Numbered from the stretch's first letter, positions 18,943-28,820 are shown. The stretch: DNA of 64,000 nt from Candidatus Micrarchaeota archaeon (GCA_043812915.1 JBDRLQ010000016.1:1-64000); one strand, 5' to 3'. The notes: generated from the sequence alone by a model not told the origin. Numbers and translations are program-made.

Positions 18943-20763
18943 ATGCTCGACACACTCAAGATGGAGGTTGCCAGCCTCCTTTCAGGCCCCTGCGGCATAA
19001 AGACTGAGGATTTGCTCCCCACTGTGGAATTGAGCCGGGAAGGCTTCGGGGACCTCTCCAGCAAGGCGGCATTCGCCCTTGCCAAGGAGAAGAAGGAGAA
19101 TCCGGCAAAGATTGCCGCCGGGCTGGCCCCGAAACTCCAGGGGAAATCAAAAAGCTTCTCCAAGGTGGAGGCTGTCGGCCCATACATCAACTTCTATTTC
19201 AGTAATGACGCCTACGCCGATATCCTGAAGGATATCCTGAAGAGCAAGGCGAAGTACGGCCGGGGGACTAAGAAAAAGAAGAAAGTGCTAATCGAGTTCC
19301 CCTCGGTCAATCCGAACAAGCCGTGGCACATCGGCCACCTAAGGAATGCAATCCTGGGGGAATCCATATCCAGGCTCCTGAAATTCGACGGGAATGAAGT
19401 CGAGAAGATGAACTATATCGATGATTTGGGCCTCCAGGTGGCTCAGAGCCTCTGGGGCGTGCTTGAACTGGGAAGAAGGCCGGTTGGCAAATACGACCAG
19501 TGGCTTGGAGAGCAGTACGTCGAAGTATCAAAAAGATTCGAAACGCAGGCTCTTGTCCAGGAGGATGTCCGCAGAATCCTCAAGAAAATCGAGGAGGGGG
19601 ACAATGAGATTGCGAACAGGGGCAGGTTGCTGGCGGAAGAGTGCCTGAAGGCACAGTATGTGACATCATTCAATTTCGGAATTTTTCATGATGTGATGGT
19701 CTTCGAGAGCGACATCATGCGCACAGTCTTCGAGGAGGGCGTGGATTTCCTTAAGAAGAGCAAGGCTGTCGAGCTTGAGAAAGAGGGGAAGAACGCCGGC
19801 TGCTGGGTGGTGAAGCTTACCGAGGAATTCGGCTTTGGGAAAATGGAGAATCCGGACAAGGTACTAATCAGGAGCGATGGCACGGCCCTCTACACCGGAA
19901 AGGATGTCATCTTCCACCTATGGAAATTCGGGAAGCTGAAGACGAAGTTCAAGTATGCGCCATTCATCAAGCAGCCCGATGGGAGCACATCATACAAGAC
20001 CTATTTCCAGGGCAAGGACATGAAGTTCGGCCATGCGAACGAGGCAATCAACGTCATCGGCGTGGAACAGAGATACCCCCAGAGGGTAATCGTGGAGGTT
20101 TTCAAGAGGCTCGGCTTCGACAAGGAAGCCAAGGACCTGCACCACCTATCATACGAGCTTGTCGGCCTTCCTGACGCAAAATTCTCAGGGCGGAAAGGAA
20201 CCTGGGTCGGCTACACGGCTGACAACCTGCTGGATGAGGCGCAGGAGAGGGTTGTGGACAAGATAAATGTGGATGTCTCGGCGGCAGAGAAGAGGGATAT
20301 TGCCCTTACAGTCGCTGTCGCGGCAATCAAGTTCACGTTCCTCAGGACGAATGCGGACAAGAAAATCATATTCAGATGGGAGGATGCGCTGAACCTGGAA
20401 GGCGATTCCGGCCCGTATGTGCAGTATGCGTATGTCCGGACGAGGGGAATACTCGGGAAGACAAAGGAGAAGCCTGATGTCAAGTGCAAAGAGTTCGCCC
20501 CTGAGGAGAAAGTGCTGCTCAAGCGCCTTGCTGGAATGAGGGATGTCGTTGAGCGCTCATCAAGGGAGCTTGCGCCGCACCATGTCCCCCAGTACCTGCT
20601 TGATGTCGCCGGGGATTTCGCCAGGTTCTATGGCGCCTGCCCGGTAATCAAGGCTGAGGACAAGAAAGTGATGAAGACAAGGCTCGCGTTAGTGCAGGCG
20701 ACAGGCATCGTCCTCAAGAGCGGCCTTGATTTGATGGGAATAAGCTGTCCGGAGAAGATGTAG
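18943..20763 (+). CDS. argS: Arginine--tRNA ligase
   Basis: SVNPNKPWHIGHLRN (HIGH), RSDGT, FSGRKG, GDSGPYVQYAYVR, C-terminal PEKM. Confidence 0.97.
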   Translation: MLDTLKMEVASLLSGPCGIKTEDLLPTVELSREGFGDLSSKAAFALAKEKKENPAKIAAGLAPKLQGKSKSFSKVEAVGPYINFYFSNDAYADILKDILKSKAKYGRGTKKKKKVLIEFPSVNPNKPWHIGHLRNAILGESISRLLKFDGNEVEKMNYIDDLGLQVAQSLWGVLELGRRPVGKYDQWLGEQYVEVSKRFETQALVQEDVRRILKKIEEGDNEIANRGRLLAEECLKAQYVTSFNFGIFHDVMVFESDIMRTVFEEGVDFLKKSKAVELEKEGKNAGCWVVKLTEEFGFGKMENPDKVLIRSDGTALYTGKDVIFHLWKFGKLKTKFKYAPFIKQPDGSTSYKTYFQGKDMKFGHANEAINVIGVEQRYPQRVIVEVFKRLGFDKEAKDLHHLSYELVGLPDAKFSGRKGTWVGYTADNLLDEAQERVVDKINVDVSAAEKRDIALTVAVAAIKFTFLRTNADKKIIFRWEDALNLEGDSGPYVQYAYVRTRGILGKTKEKPDVKCKEFAPEEKVLLKRLAGMRDVVERSSRELAPHHVPQYLLDVAGDFARFYGACPVIKAEDKKVMKTRLALVQATGIVLKSGLDLMGISCPEKM

Positions 20764-20840
20764 TCTGTTTCCCGGACAGTTCCTTTTGTATCTCGACTGT
20801 AAGCGGATCAGATGCGAGAATTTGCTGCCAGAGGCATGCT

Positions 20841-22481
20841 TCACTTAATCAATTTGAACTTCTTCACGTCAACCAGGCCCTTATCAGTAATCTTGAGCTC
20901 CGGGATGACCTCGAGGGCCATGAATGACAGTGTCGCAAAAGGGTGCCTCAAATGGCATCCTGTTTTGGCAGCCTCCTGCCTGATTTTCAGCAGCTTCCTG
21001 GAGACGACATCAAACCGCTCCTGGCTCATGATTCCAGCAACCGGAAGATGCAGGGCCGCTATCTTCCTGCCCGTATACACGACGAACCCGCCACCGGTCT
21101 TTATGAGGTAGTTGGCCACCTTGGCAATCGCCTCATCCGAAGTTCCTAAAACAACAATATTATGGCAGTCATGTGCAAGCGTGGTCCCTATCGCGCCCCT
21201 CCTGAGCCCGAACCCGGTTATCTGCCCGACCGAGATATTCCCGTTCTTCCGGTATCTGTCGATAACCGCAATCTTCAGTATATCCTTGCGCAAATCATAA
21301 TCGCCCTTTTGCCTCACCTTCTTCCATCCGGTGTGCAATTCCCCCTCCCTGGCGACAATGACATTACCCCTGTGCGCTTTTGGGAGCACAAGGTCCTTTT
21401 CGGCAATCGGCCTGTGCTTTATGGTTTTACTGATGTAATCCGGATATCTGAACCGCGGCAGGGATTTGCACTTTCCGTTAGAACAGATTATCTGCCCGTT
21501 TATGAAGACCATCTCGGGCTTTATCTTCCGCAGGGATTTGCTGATGAAGAAATCCGCGTCCATCTTCGGCTCCACATTCCCGACCATGCTCTCAATCCGG
21601 TAATGCTTTGCCGCGTTGTAGCTGGCGCATTTTATCACCCTCAGCGGGTCATAGCCAAGCGATATCGCCCTGTTCACGTTGTACAGTATGGAGCCGTGCC
21701 TCTGGATATCGGCGACAGTCTTGTCATCAGAGCAGAAGCACACCTGCTGCGGATGGGATTCAATAATCCTGTACTGCTCATCGGTTGATTTCTCAGCGGA
21801 GCCCTCCCGCAGGAATATCACAACCCCATAATCCGCCTTCTCGGCCATCTCCTCGTATGCCGGCGATTCATGGTCATCCATCACTCCGGCATCGAAATAG
21901 CTCCTCATGGCATTGCCGCGCAGGGACGGGGCATGGCCGCTGATAATCATGCCCTTGCATGCCCTTATCTTGGAGACCAGCTCATCGTGGCGCTCTATCA
22001 CCCCTGGAAAGTTCATCACTTCCCCGAGCCCGATTACCCGCTCATGCCTCAATGATTCTTTTATGTTCCGGACAGTGACCTTCGCCCCGGCGCTCCCAAG
22101 ATGGGAAGCCGGAACGCATGAAGGCACTACGAAGAAGACTCCAACAGGCATTTTATCGGTCTCCCTGATGAAGAGGTGCAGTCCCTTTATCCCGACCACA
22201 TTGCAAATCTCATGCGGGTCGGCTATCACGGTGGTCGTTCCGTGCATTGAGACAGCCCTTGAGAATTCAGTCGGCGTTAGCAATGAACTCTCTATGTGCA
22301 CATGAGCGTCAATAAAGCCCGGAATTACGTATCCTCCCTTCGCGTCAATGACCTTGTCCGCCTTGTCAGCAATCCTGCGTGCGACCTTTGTTATAAGATT
22401 GTTGTGAATCAGTATTTCCCCTTCTCTTACTGCCTCATGGCGCGAATTCACGATTTTCGCATTCTTAATCTTAATTCTCAT
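20841..22481 (-). CDS. ade: Adenine deaminase
   Basis: PGFIDAHVHIESS, ADPHEI, GLGEVMNFPGV, LREGS, AHDCHN, LPVAGIMS, IPELKITDKGL. Confidence 0.95.
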   Translation of the reverse strand: MRIKIKNAKIVNSRHEAVREGEILIHNNLITKVARRIADKADKVIDAKGGYVIPGFIDAHVHIESSLLTPTEFSRAVSMHGTTTVIADPHEICNVVGIKGLHLFIRETDKMPVGVFFVVPSCVPASHLGSAGAKVTVRNIKESLRHERVIGLGEVMNFPGVIERHDELVSKIRACKGMIISGHAPSLRGNAMRSYFDAGVMDDHESPAYEEMAEKADYGVVIFLREGSAEKSTDEQYRIIESHPQQVCFCSDDKTVADIQRHGSILYNVNRAISLGYDPLRVIKCASYNAAKHYRIESMVGNVEPKMDADFFISKSLRKIKPEMVFINGQIICSNGKCKSLPRFRYPDYISKTIKHRPIAEKDLVLPKAHRGNVIVAREGELHTGWKKVRQKGDYDLRKDILKIAVIDRYRKNGNISVGQITGFGLRRGAIGTTLAHDCHNIVVLGTSDEAIAKVANYLIKTGGGFVVYTGRKIAALHLPVAGIMSQERFDVVSRKLLKIRQEAAKTGCHLRHPFATLSFMALEVIPELKITDKGLVDVKKFKLIK

Positions 22482-22482
22482 T

Positions 22483-23208
22483 CTACCGCCTTATCCATTC
22501 CAGCACTTTCCCCAGGTCTCTTTTTATGCCGAATTTAGAGAAATACTTGATGACATTCCCTACATCCCGCTCAAGGAACTTCTCTGCGTTGGGATGCCTT
22601 GTGATGACTCCCTGCCCGAAGTCTATCAGGAGCGGCGTCTTCCCCAGCAACAGGTTGTATTCGCTGATGTCTGCATGCACCAGCCCTGCCCTGTACATCT
22701 TCCGTATGTCATCCAGTACGCTTTTGAGGTCCGCTTCCCCTCTTGGGCCAACAGTGTCCATCGTGGGGTACGGGAGGCCATCTTCCCCAAGGAAACCTAG
22801 TACCAGCACGTTGTGCTTAAGATAAAGTGGCTTCGGGGCGTGCACCTTGGCCTTCTCGCATATCTCCAGGTTCTTGAACTCCTTCCTTGCGAAGGCCTCG
22901 GTGATTGCCTTGTCGCTGTGCCGGATGTTCCTGAACCTCGGGTCCCCTTCCAGATAATCTTCCCTCCGCAAGAACGGCTTGGTCTCAATCTTGTAAATCT
23001 TTATGGCAACGAACGATCCGTCGGGGGTGGTCGCGCGGAAAACATTGGCTTCCTTCCCAGTGGAAATCGGATAATCCACAGTCTCGATAAGCCCCTTTTT
23101 CATCAGCCCGTGGAGAATCAGCAGCGTTGTCCGATCGAAAACCTCGCTCTCAATCTTGAGCCTTTCCTTCAGCTGGTGCTTCTCTTTCAGCGGCTTCTTT
23201 TTCCCCAT
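22483..23208 (-). CDS. rio1: RIO1 family Ser/Thr kinase
   Basis: ISTGKEANVF, YLEGDPRF, LVHADISEYN, IDFGQGV, FLERDV. Confidence 0.93.
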   Translation of the reverse strand: MGKKKPLKEKHQLKERLKIESEVFDRTTLLILHGLMKKGLIETVDYPISTGKEANVFRATTPDGSFVAIKIYKIETKPFLRREDYLEGDPRFRNIRHSDKAITEAFARKEFKNLEICEKAKVHAPKPLYLKHNVLVLGFLGEDGLPYPTMDTVGPRGEADLKSVLDDIRKMYRAGLVHADISEYNLLLGKTPLLIDFGQGVITRHPNAEKFLERDVGNVIKYFSKFGIKRDLGKVLEWIRR

Positions 23209-23291
23209 GCAATGAAGTGGGCTGAATAAGAGTATAAATCTATGCTACCCATGGTGGAACTATTAAAAAATATGGGGTGGTAACTTAATCC

Positions 23292-23681
23292 ATGCTTCTT
23301 GAACATCGAATCAACCTCAAAGATTTTCACGGACATCTTGGGCCCTACGCTGTCGTGGGATATAGGATGGGCCAGATTGCCCTTGAGCTGCTTGAGGCGC
23401 GCGGAAAAAAGCTCCGGGCCATTGCCAAATGCGGAACCGCCCCGCCAATCTCCTGCATGCTGGATGGGATACAGTTCTCAACTCCATGCACCCTCGGCAA
23501 GGGGAATATAGAAGTGGTTGATGGGGGGAAGGCCCAGGCTGTCTTTTCAGGAGAAAAGACCATAACAATAACATTAAAAGACTCGGTGAAAGAAACTATT
23601 GACAGGAACATGTCCGACGGCGAGGCGATGGCCATGCGCGTATGGGACATGGATAAAGAAGAATTATTCGAGGTCATATAA
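23292..23681 (+). CDS. FmdE/FwdE-family protein
   Basis: FHGHLGP..VGYRMG, CMLDGIQFSTPCTLGKGN. Confidence 0.85.
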   Translation: MLLEHRINLKDFHGHLGPYAVVGYRMGQIALELLEARGKKLRAIAKCGTAPPISCMLDGIQFSTPCTLGKGNIEVVDGGKAQAVFSGEKTITITLKDSVKETIDRNMSDGEAMAMRVWDMDKEELFEVI

Positions 23682-23682
23682 A

Positions 23683-25275
23683 ATGGCAGGAGCAGAACCG
23701 CCCCAGATGAAGAAGTCTTCACAGCAGGCACAGATGCAAACGCCCAAGGCTGATTTCCGGAAGAGGCAGTTTGATCTGACCAAGACGCTCAGCGGGCTTT
23801 TGGGAAGGCTCTCATCCGCGGGCATGCTTGAGGGGATGAGCATCCGCAGGGAAGTTAAGTCAATGATGCCCCAAGACATCGAGGGATACAAGGAATTCGG
23901 GCGCGCGCTTGTGGCCACTGGCAGCTCGGAGGCATTGACATTCCTCAAGGGCAGCGGCCCTAAAGGAATCTGCCCTAACTTCAAGAGGTTCCAGCTGGCG
24001 AAGCTGGCAACGACCGAGACTCTAAGCCCCAGAGAGAGGCTCGCGGTCGAAAGGGAAATCAGCAAATCGCTAAAAGGCACGGACTCTGAAACAAGCCAGA
24101 AAGTAATCTCGTTCATGAACAAGCGCTCAATAGAGATGGGCCTTAGCATCACATTCAAGCCCGGAAGCTCGGGCGGGATATCCCATGAAGTTGCCGGCGG
24201 GAATGCTGGCGAATCAGTCAGGCAGCTCAACCCTGCCCCGATCATCTACCCGAATCTCGCCTCTTCGAGGTCAGGCTCCCTCCTCTCGACCGATCTCTCC
24301 CCTTTCGTCGCTGCTAGGGAGGCGATATTCAAGGTGCATGCAGAGACCCGGGACCAGGGGCACCTCAGGAGGGCTCTTACCCTGTGGCCGGCCAGGCAGA
24401 TGGAGCCGGAAGTCCCGATAATGCCGCGCCACGTTGAAGAAGGGGGGCAGAACTTAGAGCCTGGCCCGGAATACTTCATGGCGCCGGCCCCGGCAGCCCC
24501 CCGCAAAGACTCTGCTCCATTCCAGGCGGGAGCTCGTGTCGAGCCTGTATCTGCAGGCATTTCTGATTCTAGGCTTCCTGAGCCTGAAACCCCCAGGGTG
24601 AGGTTCTTTGAAAGCAGACCTCTGGAAATCCGGAAAGCCGTCCCTCAGAAAGACGCTCCGCTGCCCCCTCAGCAGAGGATATGCGTCCCTACGCCAAGGA
24701 AATCCAGGAAAAATGGTGGTGATGGCATGATTCGTGATATCGCTCCTGTTAAGATTACTGGCAGAACTGTAAGTATGAACAGCGAGGCGGTCTCGCCGCT
24801 TCTGGCCGCCTCCGAGAGGGGCGAGGAGATAATTCGGCGCCTTATGGAGAAGATGGAATCCCATGGCAGGCATAAGCACCATGTGAGGCCCAGGGCCTCT
24901 GAGGAAAAGCCGAAGGAGAAGAAGACAGCGGAGAAGCCTCCCGGGGAAGCCGCTGCAAAGAAGCAGAAGCCCGCCAAGCCGGCAAAGAAGAAAGCCAGGA
25001 AGGCAGCTGCGAAACCCTCTTCTAAAAAGAAAGGGAAGAAGGCCAAGAAAAAGATGCCAACGGAAAAGAAGAAGGCTGACAAGAAGAAGTCTGCCAAGGA
25101 TGCCGTGAAACAGGCCGTGGCAAAGCCCAAGACAACGAAGAAAGCGGCTAGGAAGACTGCCAATAAAGCTGCTTCGGAGAAACCTGTGAAGAAGCCCGTG
25201 AAGGGGCCCGCCAGGAAAAAATCCAAATCGCAGGTTGTCAAGGAGCTTCTGCTCAAGAGGAAAAGGAAGAAATAG
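23683..25275 (+). CDS. Hypothetical protein with Pro-rich linker and long Lys/Ala-rich C-terminal tail
   Basis: ATG 23683 just after the fmdE stop; C-terminal quarter dominated by K/A/P. Confidence 0.7.
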   Translation: MAGAEPPQMKKSSQQAQMQTPKADFRKRQFDLTKTLSGLLGRLSSAGMLEGMSIRREVKSMMPQDIEGYKEFGRALVATGSSEALTFLKGSGPKGICPNFKRFQLAKLATTETLSPRERLAVEREISKSLKGTDSETSQKVISFMNKRSIEMGLSITFKPGSSGGISHEVAGGNAGESVRQLNPAPIIYPNLASSRSGSLLSTDLSPFVAAREAIFKVHAETRDQGHLRRALTLWPARQMEPEVPIMPRHVEEGGQNLEPGPEYFMAPAPAAPRKDSAPFQAGARVEPVSAGISDSRLPEPETPRVRFFESRPLEIRKAVPQKDAPLPPQQRICVPTPRKSRKNGGDGMIRDIAPVKITGRTVSMNSEAVSPLLAASERGEEIIRRLMEKMESHGRHKHHVRPRASEEKPKEKKTAEKPPGEAAAKKQKPAKPAKKKARKAAAKPSSKKKGKKAKKKMPTEKKKADKKKSAKDAVKQAVAKPKTTKKAARKTANKAASEKPVKKPVKGPARKKSKSQVVKELLLKRKRKK

Positions 25276-25333
25276 CCGCCAGAGCGCCTTTCTTTATCTT
25301 TTTAAACTCTTCTTTCAAATGATTGTAAGCTAA

Positions 25334-25408
25334 GCTCCTGTAGTCTAGCCCGGTTAAGGATAATGGACTCTCACTCCATCGACACGGGTTCGAATCCCGT
25401 CGGGAGCA
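25334..25408 (+). tRNA. tRNA-Glu (CTC)
   Basis: Acceptor GCTCCTG/CGGGAGC, anticodon arm ATGGA-CTCTCAC-TCCAT, T arm ACGGG-TTCGAAT-CCCGT; CCA not encoded. Confidence 0.95.
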
Positions 25409-25470
25409 CTTCTCTTTTTTTTATCTGCATAAACAAAGAACAAAAAGCTTTTCCTTCCCAAGAACCCTAC

Positions 25471-25632
25471 ATGGCACATAGTAAAAAAGATTTATCGAGG
25501 AAGAAGGCCAACCTGAAGTCAAAGCTCACGGAGCTTGAGCAGAGGGCGAAAAAAGACCCGCTGAAGAAAGACAAGGCGCTGCACGCGGAGTTGGACGCCC
25601 TTCGGAAAAAGCTCGATGAGTACTCGTTATAG
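25471..25632 (+). CDS. Small basic coiled-coil protein (53 aa)
   Basis: MAHSKKDLSRKKANLKSKLTELEQRAKKDPLKK...; start moved downstream of the tRNA. Confidence 0.6.
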   Translation: MAHSKKDLSRKKANLKSKLTELEQRAKKDPLKKDKALHAELDALRKKLDEYSL

Positions 25633-26565
25633 GACAAACAGGTAGGAAACAAGGTATATCAGCAGAAGTACTAATGCCAGCCCCTTGTCAATCTTCTCCT
25701 TCCAGGCAAAGAGGGCAACTGCCGCTACGGATGCGAACACTACGAATATCGCCAGGGGTGCGATTACCCCTGAGTTTATTATAGTCGGGAAGAGCAGCGG
25801 CCCGATTCCAAGAGCCAGGGTGGCGTCAATGATGTTGCTTCCCAATATGTTGCCCACGACAATCCCATACTTCTTCTTTCTGATGGCCGCCAGGGAAACA
25901 GAAAGCTCAGGGAGCGAAGTTCCAATGCCTATCGCGAAGAAGCTGACGAAGTATTCTGGAATTCCCATGTTCTCAGAGAGGCCAATTACCGCATCCACAA
26001 TGACCAATGCCCCCAATGTCACCCCTATAAGCGAGAGCAGGAGCATGAATGCGGTCTTGAAAAGCCTCGTCCTGGTCCCATAGATATCGGCTACCTGGGC
26101 GCCCCCGATTTCCCGGACGCTATACTTGTTTGAGATAAAAAGCAGCGCCGCGTATGTGAGTACGAGCATCCCTCCGTCAATGCTTGTCAGGGACCCGTCA
26201 AGCACCATAAGCCCCGCAATCAGGATGGCGGCAATCGCGCTGCCCCCAAGGACCAGGATATTCTTTCTCTTGGCAATCACTGTGCCTCCAAGAATGGCGA
26301 CAAGCCCCAGCGACAGCGTTATCTGGGCTAGGCAGGAGCCGAGGGCGCTACCCACGTTGATGTCCCCGTGTCCGGTATATGAAGAATATATTGAGTTGGC
26401 TATTTCAGGAAGGTCGGTTCCAAGTGCCACGATGAAGAGGCCGATAATAAGCGTCGGAATTTTGAGCGCGTTGGCAATCTGCGAGGAATACTCAACGGTC
26501 CTGCTGCTGGAATAAGCAATCAAAGATAAGCCGGCTATCAGCCGTGCAATCCCAAGAATCGGCAT
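25627..26565 (-). CDS. Sodium/calcium exchanger (CaCA, YrbG-like)
   Basis: Two alpha repeats ALGTDLPE and GIGTSLPE, GNILGSNI, about 10 TM. Confidence 0.9.
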   Translation of the reverse strand: MPILGIARLIAGLSLIAYSSSRTVEYSSQIANALKIPTLIIGLFIVALGTDLPEIANSIYSSYTGHGDINVGSALGSCLAQITLSLGLVAILGGTVIAKRKNILVLGGSAIAAILIAGLMVLDGSLTSIDGGMLVLTYAALLFISNKYSVREIGGAQVADIYGTRTRLFKTAFMLLLSLIGVTLGALVIVDAVIGLSENMGIPEYFVSFFAIGIGTSLPELSVSLAAIRKKKYGIVVGNILGSNIIDATLALGIGPLLFPTIINSGVIAPLAIFVVFASVAAVALFAWKEKIDKGLALVLLLIYLVSYLFVL

Positions 26566-26575
26566 GCTACCAGGC

Positions 26576-28000
26576 CTATGCGGTCTCAGGCCCTGCCTTT
26601 GTGCCCTTTATGCCGTGGTCAACAGCCTCGGTGGTCCACCAGTTGCCGTAGCGCTCCTGGAGCTGCTCCTCGATAGGCTTGGAATTCTTTATCGCAATCC
26701 GAACATCGTCCGCATCAATGAGCTTTTTCTTGCCACTGACGGTGAGGTCGCCTGCCATCTTGATTATCCCCGCCAGGTTCCTCAGCCTGAGGGTAAGGCC
26801 GCTGGCGCTGTCGATATCCCTCGCAAGCTTCCTGCCCTCTTCTATAACCAGTTCGGCCGCTTCCCTCTCCATATGGGGGATTTTGCCATCCTTTACTATC
26901 TCCTGCGCTATGAACTGGAAGAGCTTCACCCTATTTCCCGGGGTATCCTCCATGTAAGCGTTCATAAGGAGCTCATACCCATCTCCCCTGATTCTTGACC
27001 TTAAAGGGGGGATAATCTCCTTCATGTCATTTATGTTGGAAGCCCCGACGAACAGGAAGTCGCAGGGGGTGTTGTCGACACGCACCGCAGCCCCGCTGCT
27101 CATCGGGTTCCTGCCGACAATCGGGAACTGCTTGTCCTGCATAGCTGAAAGTATAAATCTCTGGATATTTCCAAGGGTTGACAGTTCGTCAATGAAAAGG
27201 ACCCCTTCATGGGCCTCGTGCACCGCTCCCGGGACAACGCGCTGGTATGCCGGCGTTCCAAGGCCCGGGTGCGAGCCGTAAGGGTCATGCCTTATGTCTC
27301 CAAGCAGCTCGGTTTCGCTCCCTCCGCTGGCCTGCACGAATAGCGGTCTCTTGAGCGGAACGAGGATCTTCCTCTTGGATTTCTTGGCGTTTTCGTCCAT
27401 CCTGCGCAGCTCGTCCTGCGTCAGCATCAGGATTTCCCCCTCCTTTGTCCTTTCGTAAATGAGTATCTCCTCCTTGCCATGCGGGTATTTCCTGGTGGTC
27501 GCGACCCTGGGCCCTCCGAAGCTGTCTGCGCCGCCCATGCTATACCTGTCAAGGAAATTGTTTTTCGTGCTCTTCTGGGCACCGCACTGCGGGCAGATGA
27601 GCTCTGTGTATGGGCTCAAAGCCGCGCATCTCCTGCACCGAAAGCCGAGCTTTTCCGAGACGAATGCCGGCACATCCAATGGGGTTATTATCTTCCCGAA
27701 TTGGCTCTCAGCCATCTGGTCCTTCTTGAGCTGCTTGGCGTCCTTGATTTCGATTATCGGCCTCTCCGGGTGCTCAAGGTTGTCGACGACCGCAACTTCA
27801 TAGTGCGGCTTTGGCAGCACGCTTGCAATCGCCTGCGCGATCAGGCTTTTCCCTGTTCCTGGTGGCCCGACTAAAAGCAGGTGCCTTCTCTGGAGCGGAA
27901 CAAGCTTTGCGATGTTCACAGCCTGCTCCTGACCGATTATCCTCTCGAACGGGTCCTTCGGAATCTTTATCTGTGAAGTGTCTTGGAAGTCCATCTCCAT
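26576..28000 (-). CDS. LonB-like AAA+ ATPase with Zn-finger insert, no protease domain
   Basis: IIGQEQAV, GPPGTGKS, LLGDIRHDPY, PGAVHEAHEGVLFIDE, PLRSRIRGDGYE; CRRC/CPQC insert; ends without Lon_C. Confidence 0.85.
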   Translation of the reverse strand: MEMDFQDTSQIKIPKDPFERIIGQEQAVNIAKLVPLQRRHLLLVGPPGTGKSLIAQAIASVLPKPHYEVAVVDNLEHPERPIIEIKDAKQLKKDQMAESQFGKIITPLDVPAFVSEKLGFRCRRCAALSPYTELICPQCGAQKSTKNNFLDRYSMGGADSFGGPRVATTRKYPHGKEEILIYERTKEGEILMLTQDELRRMDENAKKSKRKILVPLKRPLFVQASGGSETELLGDIRHDPYGSHPGLGTPAYQRVVPGAVHEAHEGVLFIDELSTLGNIQRFILSAMQDKQFPIVGRNPMSSGAAVRVDNTPCDFLFVGASNINDMKEIIPPLRSRIRGDGYELLMNAYMEDTPGNRVKLFQFIAQEIVKDGKIPHMEREAAELVIEEGRKLARDIDSASGLTLRLRNLAGIIKMAGDLTVSGKKKLIDADDVRIAIKNSKPIEEQLQERYGNWWTTEAVDHGIKGTKAGPETA

Positions 28001-28053
28001 ATGAGGTATTGCGACTGTAAACGTTTATAAAGAGAGTTCAATATGGGAGATGC

Positions 28054-28173
28054 ATGGCAACGGTGATTGACGCGATAACAAATACTCTCGGCGAGGTGTG
28101 CCTGGGCCTGATAGTAATCACTGTGGGCCTTATCATAATCTACCTTACGATAAGGAGGCTCACCAGGGCCTAA
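28054..28173 (+). CDS. Small single-pass membrane protein (39 aa), not in ORF track
   Basis: MATVIDAITNTLGEVCLGLIVITVGLIIIYLTIRRLTRA*; TTTATAAA at 28024-28031; fills the intergenic gap. Confidence 0.55.
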   Translation: MATVIDAITNTLGEVCLGLIVITVGLIIIYLTIRRLTRA

Positions 28174-28820
28174 TCCTTCTTCCCGGAGAGTGCCTTCTCT
28201 ATCTTATTAACAAGGACATCCAGGGGCATAGCCCCCCTCAAGGCGTATTTCTTGTTGACTATGGTCACTGGCACAGAGGTAATCCTGTACACTTCTGCTA
28301 GCGGCCTGAACTGGCCAGCATCGATGACATCCGCCTGTATCTTTGGATTGATTACCGCCATATCGTGCGCTAATTTGGCAGCGTGCGGGCAATGCGGGCA
28401 GCTGTCCGTTACGAACACCTGCAGGTGCATATCATCCATCCCTGAAATCCTCTTCTTGAGGCTGCCGTCGATATCAGGATTGCCTGTTGACACATCGACA
28501 ATATCAAGCAGGAATGTGGAGAACTCATGGCCCATCGGCACTCCGTAGTAGATTACCTTCCTCGTCTCTTTGCCTGTAATTGCAAAGCAGGGCACAGCGT
28601 AAACGCCGAATGTTTTGGGCTTCTCAGAATCCTTCTCAACAACGATTGTCTCAATCCTGAGCTTCTCATTCTGCGCGGCAATCTCGGTGAGGAAATTGAC
28701 CATCACCTCATTGCTTTTTGGGTCCTTCTCGGTAGTAAAGAGCACGAATGAAACTTCATTCTTCATCTTTTCCAGCTTTTTCTTTATCTGCTTGGATGCT
28801 TCTTCGTTGAAAAACTGCAT
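28170..28820 (-). CDS. Protein disulfide oxidoreductase (two thioredoxin folds, AhpF N-terminal-like)
   Basis: YYGVPMGHEFSTF, VFVTDSCPHCP, ITSVPVT; N-terminal CxxC absent. Confidence 0.85.
   Translation of the reverse strand: MQFFNEEASKQIKKKLEKMKNEVSFVLFTTEKDPKSNEVMVNFLTEIAAQNEKLRIETIVVEKDSEKPKTFGVYAVPCFAITGKETRKVIYYGVPMGHEFSTFLLDIVDVSTGNPDIDGSLKKRISGMDDMHLQVFVTDSCPHCPHAAKLAHDMAVINPKIQADVIDAGQFRPLAEVYRITSVPVTIVNKKYALRGAMPLDVLVNKIEKALSGKKD

Noticed and set aside
24669..25256. 195-aa Phe/Ala/Leu-rich minus-strand ORF
   Set aside because: Antisense shadow of the Lys-rich codons of the plus-strand gene
25363..25470. N-terminal extension of the small ORF
   Set aside because: Overlaps tRNA-Glu; ATG 25471 is more plausible
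26576..28000. Intein or frameshifted protease domain in the Lon-like gene
   Set aside because: No intein splice motifs; the downstream DNA is the CaCA gene, not Lon_C
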